DNA of 64,000 nt, taken from positions 3,186 through 67,185 of the forward strand of contig JAFUVF010000004.1 of assembly GCA_017483735.1 (NCBI GenBank). Direction: 5' to 3'. The stretch's first letter is position 1. The number at the start of each line of letters is the position of its first letter. The stretch is from Lachnospiraceae bacterium. GTDB lineage: Bacteria > Bacillota > Clostridia > Lachnospirales > Lachnospiraceae. Positions 28,275 to 37,261 of the stretch are shown here, piece by piece. The notes beneath the pieces are model-generated. The model was not told the origin of the DNA and searched no databases. It worked only from the letters and a program-made list of their open reading frames with translations. Both the position numbers and the translations under genes were made by a program.

Positions 28275-29411
28275 TTATTCTTCGTTATATTTTGCGGGCA
28301 GCTTGATATCAAATTCCTCAAACGCCGCCTTCAATACCTTTGAAAATTCCGCTATATCCTTTTCGTTTATGGCTCCCAGTGCGCAAAGCCTGAAGGTTCC
28401 CTTTTTCTCTATCTTGCCCGGATATATGGTAAATCCCCTCTCGTAGCAGTAATCATGCACCTTCTCAAAATTAAAATTCTCATCATCCGGATATCTTATG
28501 GCAGAGACCAGACCTGACTGATATTTTCTGTCCACAGCCTCCTTAAGCCCCATCTCGTCCTCCATTCGGTGTATCGCTGCCATTACGGATTTGTGCCTCT
28601 CCCACTTTGCGGCTTCGCCCTCCTCAAAATATTCCTTCAAAGCCTGCTTTGCCGCATAGATGGTCTGCACCGGCGGCGTGAAATGCATCTCTCCGGTCTT
28701 TTCAAAAAATTCGTATTGCATATATAGATTGCAATAATATGAGCGCTTCGGAAAATCCTTCGACTTTTCTATTATGCTCCTCTTTCCTATGATGTAGGAA
28801 AGTCCTGTCATACCCATTATGCCCTTCTGAGCGGATGCCATACAGAAGTCCACATTGTCCTTGTTTACATCAATAGGTATCATTGCATAGCTGGAGGTGG
28901 TGTCCGTGATAAAGAAGGCGTTGTATTTGTGCGCCAGCGCCCCCACCTCTCTTATGGGATTCAAAAGCCCTGTTCCTGTCTCGTGATGCGTCATATACAC
29001 ATAGCCCACATCTGGATTTGCCTTTAAGGCGGCCTCAATCTCAGCTAATGACGGAGGCACATTTATTGGCTGTTTAAGCTCTATAAGCGGCATTCCGTAG
29101 TATTTTAACACATCACAGGCTCTGTCGCTGTAGGAGCCGTTATTTATCACAAGCGCCTTTTTGCCCTCGTCCAGAAGGGAATTGAGAGCGATATCAATGC
29201 ATATTGTTCCTGAGCCGCAGAAGAGTACTGCCGTGTATTCCTCCGTATCTCCATGCACTATGCGCACCAGGTCATCCCTCATTGGCTTCATTATGCTTTG
29301 GAATTCTTTTTCTCTCGGACATATATCCGGCACCACCTGTGCGTACTTAACAGTATCCGTGGTGGTGGAGGGTCCGGGATTAAGTAATATGTTTCGTTTA
29401 ATGCTTTCCAT
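28275..29411 (-). CDS. phnW: 2-aminoethylphosphonate--pyruvate transaminase
   Basis: About 378 aa from MESIKRNILLNPGPSTT (ATG 29409-29411, preceded by AGGGAAAGG). It is a class-V aminotransferase with SAQKGIMG (PLP lysine). The ORF track's 17-aa N-terminal extension is unlikely. Confidence 0.85.
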   Translation of the reverse strand: MESIKRNILLNPGPSTTTDTVKYAQVVPDICPREKEFQSIMKPMRDDLVRIVHGDTEEYTAVLFCGSGTICIDIALNSLLDEGKKALVINNGSYSDRACDVLKYYGMPLIELKQPINVPPSLAEIEAALKANPDVGYVYMTHHETGTGLLNPIREVGALAHKYNAFFITDTTSSYAMIPIDVNKDNVDFCMASAQKGIMGMTGLSYIIGKRSIIEKSKDFPKRSYYCNLYMQYEFFEKTGEMHFTPPVQTIYAAKQALKEYFEEGEAAKWERHKSVMAAIHRMEDEMGLKEAVDRKYQSGLVSAIRYPDDENFNFEKVHDYCYERGFTIYPGKIEKKGTFRLCALGAINEKDIAEFSKVLKAAFEEFDIKLPAKYNEE

Positions 29412-29482
29412 TTGCCTTTCCCTTTCAAAAATAATCCATATAATTATACACTTATAAGACACTCAAAACAAGGCAAATCTTC

Positions 29483-29511
29483 TTGACGGTTCATATTTAT
29501 ATTGTTAAAAT
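29483..29511 (+). promoter_or_regulatory. sigma-70 promoter for the YidC-TagF fusion gene (TTGACG-17-TAAAAT)
   Basis: TTGACG (29483-29488) is followed by a 17-nt spacer and TAAAAT (29506-29511), 36 nt upstream of the ATG. Confidence 0.6.
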
Positions 29512-29547
29512 CTATGCTATGATTTTGAGTCGACTCTAGGAGGGCAT

Positions 29548-31446
29548 ATGAGCTATATAATCGGCATATTTAAGGCAATAGTTGATTTCTGTTATTATTT
29601 GTGTAAGGACTACGGACTTGCAATAATCCTTTTTACCCTTATCAGCAAGATAATACTGATTCCGGTCTCGATATGGGTTCAGAAGAATTCCATAAAAATG
29701 GTAAAGCTTCAGCCTGAGATAAACCAGATAAAGGCAAAGTACTTCGGAGACAAGGATGCGATAGCCGACGAGGAGGGAAAGCTCTATAAAAGGGAAAATT
29801 ACAAGCCCCTTGCCACTCTTATACCCATGATAATACAGCTTGTACTCCTGATGATAGTCATAGAAGCCATAAAGGCAGGAATAGAGGATCCTAACATAGA
29901 TATGAATTCCTTCGGCGTGGATTTGAGCACCGTTCCCAACGTCGCAAAGGGTCTTTTTATCCTCTCCCCCATTCTTGCCGGACTCTCGTCCCTCATAATG
30001 TGCGTGACGCAGAATATAAGCAATGTCCTGCAGTCCGAGCAGTCCAACGCCAACAAATACGGAGTTTTGATATTTTCGGTTGCCCTCTCCTTATATCTGG
30101 GGTGGTTCGTTCCCGTGGGAGTGGCACTTTACTGGATAGCCAGCAACCTCATGTCCATTGCGCAGATGTATATCCTGAACTTTGCCATAAATCCGAAAAA
30201 GTATATTGATTATGAAGCTTTGGAGGAGTCAAAGAAGGCGCTGGCAGAGCTTGGAAGCATAGGCGAAAAGAAGCAGAATATCTTCCAAAGGCTCTCAGAC
30301 CCCAACATAAAAAGAGAGCGTGCGGATTACAAAAAATTCTTCTCAATAGTGAATAAGCACCTTGTCTTTTACTCGGAATCCGGCGGATTTTACAAATACT
30401 ATAGGGGACTCATCGAATGGCTCCTTGCAAATACAAATCTCACAATCCATTATATAACCTCCGACCCTGATGATGCTGTTTTTGAGCTTTCTGGGAAGGA
30501 AAGCAGAATTAAGCCCTACTATATCGGGGAGAAACGCCTCATAACCCTGATGATGAAGATGGATGCAGATATTGTCGCAATGACCATGCCCGATATCGAA
30601 AACTTCCACATAAAAAGAAGCTATGTGCGAAAGGATATCGAATATCTCTATATCCCCCACTATATGGACAGCGCAAATCTCACTATGAGAAAGGGGTGCC
30701 TCGACCATTATGACACTGTATTCTGCACAGGCAGGCATCAGGTTGAGGAAGCAAGAAAAACCGAAGAAGCATACAACACAAAGGAAAAGAAGCTCATAGA
30801 ATGGGGATATTGCCTTTTGGACGAAATGATAGCGGATTATGAGAGTAAGCCCCATAAGGAAAACGAGACAAAGCAGATACTTATAGCCCCCTCATGGCAG
30901 GCTGACAATATCGTGGACAGCTGTCTGGAGGATATCTTAAATGCGCTTAAGGACAAGAATTACAATATAATAGTCCGCCCCCACCCTCAGCATGTACGCC
31001 ACAGAGGTGAGTATATGGAGGCGCTCAAGGAGAAGTACAAGAGCTCTCCCAACATTGAGATACAAACCGACTTTTCTTCCAGCAGCACGGTAATGGATTC
31101 AGACCTCATTATAACGGACTGGTCCAGTATAGCCTATGAGTTTGCCTTTACAACAAAGCGTCCCGTGCTCTTCATAAATACGCCTATGAAGGTTATGAAT
31201 CCGGAGTACACAAGGATTGATACCGTTCCCATAAATATCTGGATGAGGGACAAGATAGGCGCTTCCATAGACCTTGATAAGCTTGGCACCGTAGGCGAAA
31301 AGGCTGACGAGCTCATACAAAAAACTCCCGAATACAATGAGATAATACGGGAGTTTGTAAACGAGTATGTATATAATCCCGGACACAGCGCCGAAGTAGG
31401 CGGCAAATACATAATGGAAAGTCTGATGAAGAGAAAAGCTAATTAA
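29548..31446 (+). CDS. fusion protein: N-terminal YidC/Oxa1-type membrane insertase domain plus C-terminal TagB/TagF-like glycerophosphotransferase-family domain
   Basis: 632 aa. Residues ~1-215 look like a short Gram-positive YidC (GLAIILFTLISKIILIPV...QPEINQIKAKY...ALYWIASNLMSIAQ). Residues ~270-632 carry TagF-family motifs (ILIAPSWQ, VRPHPQ, DLIITDWSSIAYEFAFTTKRPVLFI). Confidence 0.75.
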   Translation: MSYIIGIFKAIVDFCYYLCKDYGLAIILFTLISKIILIPVSIWVQKNSIKMVKLQPEINQIKAKYFGDKDAIADEEGKLYKRENYKPLATLIPMIIQLVLLMIVIEAIKAGIEDPNIDMNSFGVDLSTVPNVAKGLFILSPILAGLSSLIMCVTQNISNVLQSEQSNANKYGVLIFSVALSLYLGWFVPVGVALYWIASNLMSIAQMYILNFAINPKKYIDYEALEESKKALAELGSIGEKKQNIFQRLSDPNIKRERADYKKFFSIVNKHLVFYSESGGFYKYYRGLIEWLLANTNLTIHYITSDPDDAVFELSGKESRIKPYYIGEKRLITLMMKMDADIVAMTMPDIENFHIKRSYVRKDIEYLYIPHYMDSANLTMRKGCLDHYDTVFCTGRHQVEEARKTEEAYNTKEKKLIEWGYCLLDEMIADYESKPHKENETKQILIAPSWQADNIVDSCLEDILNALKDKNYNIIVRPHPQHVRHRGEYMEALKEKYKSSPNIEIQTDFSSSSTVMDSDLIITDWSSIAYEFAFTTKRPVLFINTPMKVMNPEYTRIDTVPINIWMRDKIGASIDLDKLGTVGEKADELIQKTPEYNEIIREFVNEYVYNPGHSAEVGGKYIMESLMKRKAN

Positions 31447-31452
31447 AAAAGG

Positions 31453-32106
31453 CTAATTAAGTATCTTTAAAAACGCCTTTGCATTCTCCTCTATATTTCC
31501 CTTGAACACCGCTGAGCCGGAGACTATGACGTTAGCTCCGGCTTTTATTATATCCGCCACATTTGTAAGCTTTATGCCGCCGTCAACCTCAATATTGAGG
31601 GCTATACCCATTTTTTCCGCAATGCCCCGAAGCTCTCTTACCTTCTCTATGCATTCCGGAATTATCTTCTGCTCTCCAAAGCCCGGCTCCACAGTCATTA
31701 CAAGCACCATATCCACAAGCTCTATAAAGGGTACAACCTCGCTTACAGGCGTCCCCGGCTTTATGGTTATACCTGCCTTTTTGCCGGCGCCTCTTATCTT
31801 TTCAATGGTGCCTCCTATATCCTGCGTACTCTCTATATGAAAGTTTATTAAGTCAGCTCCCGCCTCTGCGAAATAATCTATATAGCGCTCAGGTCTTTCT
31901 ATCATTAGGTGGGTGTCAAAAAACATATCCGATACCCTTCTTATGGATTCCATTACCGGTCTTCCGAAGGAAATGGCAGGAACAAAGCTTCCGTCCATCA
32001 CATCTATATGAAGCCATTCCGCTCCCGCTTTTTTAACCGTCTCTATATCCTGTCCCAGCTTGGCAAAATCCGCTGCAAGGATTGAGGGGGATAAAATATT
32101 TTTCAT
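31453..32106 (-). CDS. rpe: ribulose-phosphate 3-epimerase
   Basis: 217 aa with SILAADF, HIDVMDG and VDGGI motifs. Confidence 0.95.
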   Translation of the reverse strand: MKNILSPSILAADFAKLGQDIETVKKAGAEWLHIDVMDGSFVPAISFGRPVMESIRRVSDMFFDTHLMIERPERYIDYFAEAGADLINFHIESTQDIGGTIEKIRGAGKKAGITIKPGTPVSEVVPFIELVDMVLVMTVEPGFGEQKIIPECIEKVRELRGIAEKMGIALNIEVDGGIKLTNVADIIKAGANVIVSGSAVFKGNIEENAKAFLKILN

Positions 32107-32170
32107 AATATAAAACTCCTTACCTCATAGGATTTTATCAGAAGATTAAATTTAATACAACCTCGACTTG

Positions 32171-32179
32171 TGGTATAAT
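32171..32179 (+). promoter_or_regulatory. extended -10 promoter (TGgTATAAT) for the pectinesterase gene
   Basis: The plus strand reads TGGTATAAT, 37 nt upstream of ATG 32216. Confidence 0.5.
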
Positions 32180-32215
32180 TACATAAAATTCAAATATAAA
32201 GGAGGCTTATGCATA

Positions 32216-33334
32216 ATGGAAGGTATAGATATTTACGTAAATCCTAAGCTTTCGTCGGCATATCACACTATTTCCGAGGCGTTACTCGCTAATGATGCGG
32301 GCTATGATGAGGATACTGCTGAGGAAAGGATGCTCTCCGGCTTAAAGCCCGGTGAGCTTATGCAGCACGAGGTTGTGACCAACAACAAAAAGCACTTCCC
32401 GGAGGAGTATTCCGACCTCCCGAGAATGATATTTCACATTGCATCAGGCACCTACAGGGAGAGGATAGTAATTACCCGCCCCAACGTAGAATTCATCGGA
32501 GAAAGTGCGGATGACACTGTTATAATCTACGGAAAGGGCGCAAATGAGGTACTTTCCGATGGCACAAAGCGGGGAACCTTCAGAACCGCCACTGTCCGCA
32601 TAGACACCCACGATTTTGGCGCAACAAACATTTCCTTTGTGAATGATGCAGGCTACGGGCATACTGTGGGACAGGCGCTTGCCCTGTATGTGGACGGGGA
32701 CAGAAACTCTTTCACAGACTGCCGCCTCATTGCCAGTCAGGACACTCTCTTTACCGCCCCCCTTCCTAAAAAGGAAGCAAAGCCCGGAGGCTTTAAAGGT
32801 CCGGGAGAATTTACCGAGAGAGTGATCGGCAGGCATTACTTTAAAAAATGCTTCATACAGGGCGATGTGGACTTTATCTTCGGCTCCGCCATAGCTCTGT
32901 TTGAGGACTGCGAAATTTATTCCAAAAAGCCCGGAGACAGGAAGCCTCCCGAGTCCCCGGAGGATGACATTACCTACGGATATGTCACTGCGGCATCCAC
33001 CTATGAGGATATGAAATTCGGATATGTGTTTAAGAATTGCAGACTCACAAGCGACTGCCCTGATTCCACGATATATCTGGGACGTCCCTGGAGGGAATGG
33101 GCTAAGACAGTATTTATGAACTGCGAGCTGGGCTCCCACATAAAGCCCGCAGGCTGGCAGGACTGGAACAAGGATCACTCCCATTTCTTCTACGGAGAGT
33201 ACAGCTGCACAGGAGCCGGTGCCGACACCTCAAAGCGTGCTGATTTCGGGCATATTCTGGAAAAAGAGGATGTGTCGGAATACACCAATGAGAATATTTT
33301 GCAGGGCTGGAACCCTACAGCTTTTCAGGAATAA
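32216..33334 (+). CDS. pectinesterase (pectin methylesterase, CE8)
   Basis: 372 aa from MEGIDIY, after AAAGGAGG. CE8 motifs are present: GQALAL, QDTLF, GDVDFIFG and LGRPW. Confidence 0.9.
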   Translation: MEGIDIYVNPKLSSAYHTISEALLANDAGYDEDTAEERMLSGLKPGELMQHEVVTNNKKHFPEEYSDLPRMIFHIASGTYRERIVITRPNVEFIGESADDTVIIYGKGANEVLSDGTKRGTFRTATVRIDTHDFGATNISFVNDAGYGHTVGQALALYVDGDRNSFTDCRLIASQDTLFTAPLPKKEAKPGGFKGPGEFTERVIGRHYFKKCFIQGDVDFIFGSAIALFEDCEIYSKKPGDRKPPESPEDDITYGYVTAASTYEDMKFGYVFKNCRLTSDCPDSTIYLGRPWREWAKTVFMNCELGSHIKPAGWQDWNKDHSHFFYGEYSCTGAGADTSKRADFGHILEKEDVSEYTNENILQGWNPTAFQE

Positions 33335-34163
33335 TCTTAAGGCTTTTAAAGCCCTTTAATAGACCGTCATCCAATACGTCGGGGCACACATAAGTGCTCC
33401 GACTCTTTAAATATTCGCTTCCATTCTCCATACATACGGATATTCCCGCCATCTCCATCATTTCAAGGTCGTTCATTCCGTCCCCGAAGGCAATGGAATC
33501 CTCCACAGGAATACCGTAATATGCGCAGAGCTTATGTATCGCCGTTCCCTTTGAAAACTCTCTGTTTATGAGTTCTCCCACCAGCCAATTGCCTGTAACG
33601 GTGTCATCAAGGCAGAAATTAAACGTTTCTTCCACCGCTCTTCTGGCGGGAAGAAGCTGCTTGGGTTCTCTGTATATTATGAGATTTTTATACACGGGAG
33701 CGCCGTCATATTCCTCTATGGGGCGCATACCCAGCCTGTGCACCCACTCTGCTCTTTTTAGCCAGAAGCTTTCATTCCTGTCAAACCACGGAGCGCTTAC
33801 CCTGCCCAGAATGAGGGAGGCATCATCGCCGTATACCGCATCGCCGGTCTCTACGGTGCACAATACCCCTCCCTCCTTCAGGGCGTTATACTGCTTTTTA
33901 AACTCTTCGTCGGTCATGGGTCTGTCATATATTACATTCCCTTCCGCCTCGATATAGCCTCCCACACTTGCAACGACGCCGTCGTATTTGTCTCTCTCAA
34001 TGCCTGTCAGCATTCCGGTGCTTCTTCCGGTGTTTATAAACACCTTATGTCCGGCATCTCTGGCGGCTCTTATGGCTCTCATTGCGCTCTCCGGGGGCCA
34101 GACCTCTGATTTGGGAATGAGAGTCCCGTCTATATCAAGGAATATCAGCTTTTTATCTCCCAT
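33315..34163 (-). CDS. Cof-type HAD-IIB phosphatase
   Basis: 282 aa with the DIDGTL motif I and GDGMNDLEM motif IV. Confidence 0.8.
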   Translation of the reverse strand: MGDKKLIFLDIDGTLIPKSEVWPPESAMRAIRAARDAGHKVFINTGRSTGMLTGIERDKYDGVVASVGGYIEAEGNVIYDRPMTDEEFKKQYNALKEGGVLCTVETGDAVYGDDASLILGRVSAPWFDRNESFWLKRAEWVHRLGMRPIEEYDGAPVYKNLIIYREPKQLLPARRAVEETFNFCLDDTVTGNWLVGELINREFSKGTAIHKLCAYYGIPVEDSIAFGDGMNDLEMMEMAGISVCMENGSEYLKSRSTYVCPDVLDDGLLKGFKSLKIIPEKL

Positions 34164-34184
34164 TAGAATGCACTCTCTAGTTGT

Positions 34185-36062
34185 TTAAAATTTGTGTACC
34201 ATCCAGACAAAGCCATAGGGAGGAACCACTACATGCTTAGAGCTGCAGGGCTTACCCGTGACAATATCGGTGTAATCCTCATTCTCCTCTATCCATGCGG
34301 TCTGGTTCAGTCCGTCAAAGTTAAAGAGCGCAATGAGCTTCTCCCCGTTTAAGTATCTTCCGATACCGAGAACCTGATTGTTGTAGGTTTCCACAATCCA
34401 CGTATCCGCAGGGGAATCGAACACCTTATGGTTGACTCTCAATTTTTCGAGCTTCAATAAAGCCTTAAATATCCTGCCCTCTCTGGATTTCGAATCCTTC
34501 CTTTTTGCGACCTCGTCCCACTTGAGCTTTCCTCTGTGCAGGTATCTGCTGTCCGTACACTTAAGCCCATCCTCATGGTAGGTATAATCGTTTAGAGCGC
34601 CTATCTCGTCTCCGCTGTAGAGCACGGGAGGACCGCTAAGGGTAAGAAGAAATGCGTGGAGCATTATATCCATCCTTATGCCTTGATCCAGTTTGCCTTC
34701 GTTCTTTTCGTATTCCGCAGCCTCTATGCCGCAGAGGGATGCCGTGGTTCCGCAGAGTCTCGCATCGCCCAGCCTCGGGTCGTCATTGTACAATTCGCCT
34801 CTGGATTCCGAGCCGTAGATTCTGCCCTGAAAATATTCGTTCAGGAAATGCTTGTGCGCCACCTCCTCCACTCCGAACTGCGAAAGGAAGGGATAATCAA
34901 GCCCCCAGCCTATATCGTCGTGACATCTTAGGTAATTTAAGAATATGTATTCCTTCGGAAGTGAAAATACCTTTTCAAGCTGATTCTTTAAAAGCCTCAC
35001 ATCATGTGTCGCCACAGTATGCCATGTGCTTGCCATGGTTGTGACATTATAGAGCATATGGCATTCCGGCTTGTCCACGGTTCCAAAATACGGAACCACC
35101 TCCTTGGGCTCCATTACCACTTCGCCCAAAAGCAGCGTTCCGGGGGCTACAAGCTCCGTCGCTATGCGCATTATACGCACAAGAGTATGCACCTGGGGAC
35201 GGTTTCTGCAGTTCGTGTAAAGCTCCTTCCAGATATAGGGTACCGCATCAAGGCGGATTATATCCACGCCGCAGTTGCACAGATACAGCATATTCTCCGT
35301 CATATCGTTAAATACCGTGGAATTTCCATAATTTAAATCCCACTGATACGGATAGAAGGTGGTCATTACCACCTTTTGAGCGTCGGGACACCATGTGAAG
35401 TTTCCGGGGGCAGTCTGTGGGAACACCTGCGGAACGGTCTTCTCAAATTCGTAGGGAATACCCCAGCCGTCAAAGAAAAAGTATCTGTCCTGATATTCCT
35501 TCTCCCCCTGTCTCGCACGCACAGCCCACTCATGATCCTCGCTTGTGTGGTTCATGACAAAGTCGAGGCATAGGCTGATTCCCTCGCTGTGGCATTTGTC
35601 TGCAAGGCTCTTAAGCTCCTTTATGTCTCCGAGCTTCGGCTCCACATTCTTAAAATCGGATACGGCATAGCCGCCGTCGCTTCTGCCTACAGGGCTCTTT
35701 AATATGGGCATGAGATGAAGATAATTTATCCCCACCTCCTTAAGATAATCAAGGTGCTCCTCCACGCCCTTCAATGTCTCCGCAAAGCAATCCACATACA
35801 TAAGCATTCCGAGCATGTCATTGCCCTTGTACCAGTCGGGATTTTTAAGACGTTTCCTGTCAAGCTCCTTTAGGGATGCTCTTCTTTCGGAATAGTATTT
35901 ATAGAGCATTCCACAGAAATAATCAAACGCCTGCTTATCGGAATTATAGAGCTCATAATACAGCCATTTGAGCTCGTCATAATGCCGCGACATTCTTTCG
36001 TTAAAGATATCATCCCATGCTTCGTTTATCTTTTTTATCTTTTTTTCCTGCTGCTTTTTCAT
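34185..36062 (-). CDS. amylosucrase-like GH13 alpha-glucan synthase / sucrose-active enzyme
   Basis: 625 aa. It aligns along its length with Neisseria amylosucrase recalled from memory (YLHLMP...SDGGYAVSD, DFVMNHTS, GVDIIRLDAVPYIWK, CHDDIGW). Confidence 0.8.
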   Translation of the reverse strand: MKKQQEKKIKKINEAWDDIFNERMSRHYDELKWLYYELYNSDKQAFDYFCGMLYKYYSERRASLKELDRKRLKNPDWYKGNDMLGMLMYVDCFAETLKGVEEHLDYLKEVGINYLHLMPILKSPVGRSDGGYAVSDFKNVEPKLGDIKELKSLADKCHSEGISLCLDFVMNHTSEDHEWAVRARQGEKEYQDRYFFFDGWGIPYEFEKTVPQVFPQTAPGNFTWCPDAQKVVMTTFYPYQWDLNYGNSTVFNDMTENMLYLCNCGVDIIRLDAVPYIWKELYTNCRNRPQVHTLVRIMRIATELVAPGTLLLGEVVMEPKEVVPYFGTVDKPECHMLYNVTTMASTWHTVATHDVRLLKNQLEKVFSLPKEYIFLNYLRCHDDIGWGLDYPFLSQFGVEEVAHKHFLNEYFQGRIYGSESRGELYNDDPRLGDARLCGTTASLCGIEAAEYEKNEGKLDQGIRMDIMLHAFLLTLSGPPVLYSGDEIGALNDYTYHEDGLKCTDSRYLHRGKLKWDEVAKRKDSKSREGRIFKALLKLEKLRVNHKVFDSPADTWIVETYNNQVLGIGRYLNGEKLIALFNFDGLNQTAWIEENEDYTDIVTGKPCSSKHVVVPPYGFVWMVHKF

Positions 36063-36940
36063 CTGCCGGCTTCCTCCAGCGCATCAAGCGCAAGCTTGAT
36101 ACAGCCCATTATTCCCTGATCGTCATTTAAGCTTGCGGGAACAATATACTCATCCATGCTTGCAAGCTCCTTTGTCTTTAAATAACCGTTTAAATTCTCT
36201 GCCGTCTTTTCTCTTATTAACGGGAAAAGCTCCATGCGGTGCATTACTCCGCCCCCGAGTATTATCCTTTTCGGAGAGAGTATGACTATAATGTTTGCGA
36301 GAGCCTGTGCAATGTAATATGCCTCCATCTCCCATACAAGCTCGTTGTCGTACAGCTCCTTTGCGGGCCTTCCCCATCTGTCGCCGATAGCAGGGCCGCA
36401 TGCCATGCCCTCAAGACAGTTCTTATGGAAGGGACATCTCCCGGGAAAGGTATCCTTTGAATGGGGTACCATCTTCATATGTCCCAGCTCCGGATGCAGC
36501 ATGCCGTGCACAAGATTTCCTCCCGACATCACTCCTCCTCCGACGCCGGTGCCTACCGTGATGTACACGGCATCGGAGATTCCCTTTGACGAGCCGTAGG
36601 TAACCTCGCCCAAAAGCGAGCCGTTCACGTCCGTATCAAACCCCATGGGTACATTAAGAGCCGCCTTTAATTCCCCCAAAAGGTTGTAATCTCCCCAGCC
36701 CTTTTTGGGCGTGGAGGTAATGTAACCATAGGTGGGAGACGCCTTGTCCAAATCAATGGGTCCAAAGCTTGCCACTCCCAGACTTTCTATTTTCTTATCC
36801 TTGAAATAATCAATGATCTGTGGAATAGTCTCGGCGGGAATAGTAGTAGGAATAGAGACCTGCTCCGAGATACGTCCCGTTTCATCCCCTAACGCACAGA
36901 CCATTTTGGTTCCGCCGGCTTCAAGCGCACCAAGTATCAT
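36059..36940 (-). CDS. ROK-family fructokinase
   Basis: 293 aa with an N-terminal EAGGTK motif, the ROK signature and a Cys-rich zinc site (CPFHKNCLEGMACG). Confidence 0.8.
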   Translation of the reverse strand: MILGALEAGGTKMVCALGDETGRISEQVSIPTTIPAETIPQIIDYFKDKKIESLGVASFGPIDLDKASPTYGYITSTPKKGWGDYNLLGELKAALNVPMGFDTDVNGSLLGEVTYGSSKGISDAVYITVGTGVGGGVMSGGNLVHGMLHPELGHMKMVPHSKDTFPGRCPFHKNCLEGMACGPAIGDRWGRPAKELYDNELVWEMEAYYIAQALANIIVILSPKRIILGGGVMHRMELFPLIREKTAENLNGYLKTKELASMDEYIVPASLNDDQGIMGCIKLALDALEEAGR

Positions 36941-37141
36941 AATGATCCTCCGTTTCCCGTTCCACTATATTTTTCTGATTGCATATAAAGTATGTATAAA
37001 AAACACCCCTTTTGTCAAGATACTTTATTAAAAACCGTCTCTTGGCACAAAATATCAGGTCGATTTTTGTGCAATTTTCACAAATTTGGTGTGTCGTTTT
37101 TGGTAATATTGTGAAAATGTATGTCAAGCGGTTGACAGAAA

Positions 37142-37170
37142 TTTTAATGCGTGCTATTCTTGTATCATCA
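37142..37170 (+). promoter_or_regulatory. sigma-70 promoter for the sugar ABC/GH32/GH36 operon (TTGACA-17-TATTCT)
   Basis: TTGACA (37142-37147) is followed by a 17-nt spacer and TATTCT (37165-37170), about 90 nt upstream of the SBP start. Confidence 0.5.
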
Positions 37171-37261
37171 AAACGTTCCATACGTTACTGATTGCAAAAA
37201 ACATCCGGTCAGACACAAGAGGAAACAGAAGGTCAAACCTAGCAAAATGAAGGAAAGAAAA

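Noticed and set aside
29461-29530. An 8-bp inverted repeat ACTCAAAA ... TTTTGAGT spanning the promoter of the YidC-TagF gene.
   Set aside because: The arms are short, AT-rich and separated by about 52 nt, so the match could easily be chance. I recognise no regulator motif.
37151-37261. The 37-codon N-terminal extension of the sugar SBP. Similar extensions occur at 28275-29462, 32168, 39455, 46544, 48357, 49906, 50357, 53426, 61857, 62225, 62719 and 63845.
   Set aside because: Several use TTG as the called start, and none has an RBS. In each case an internal ATG preceded by a strong GGAGG-type site coincides with the start of homology or of the signal peptide.
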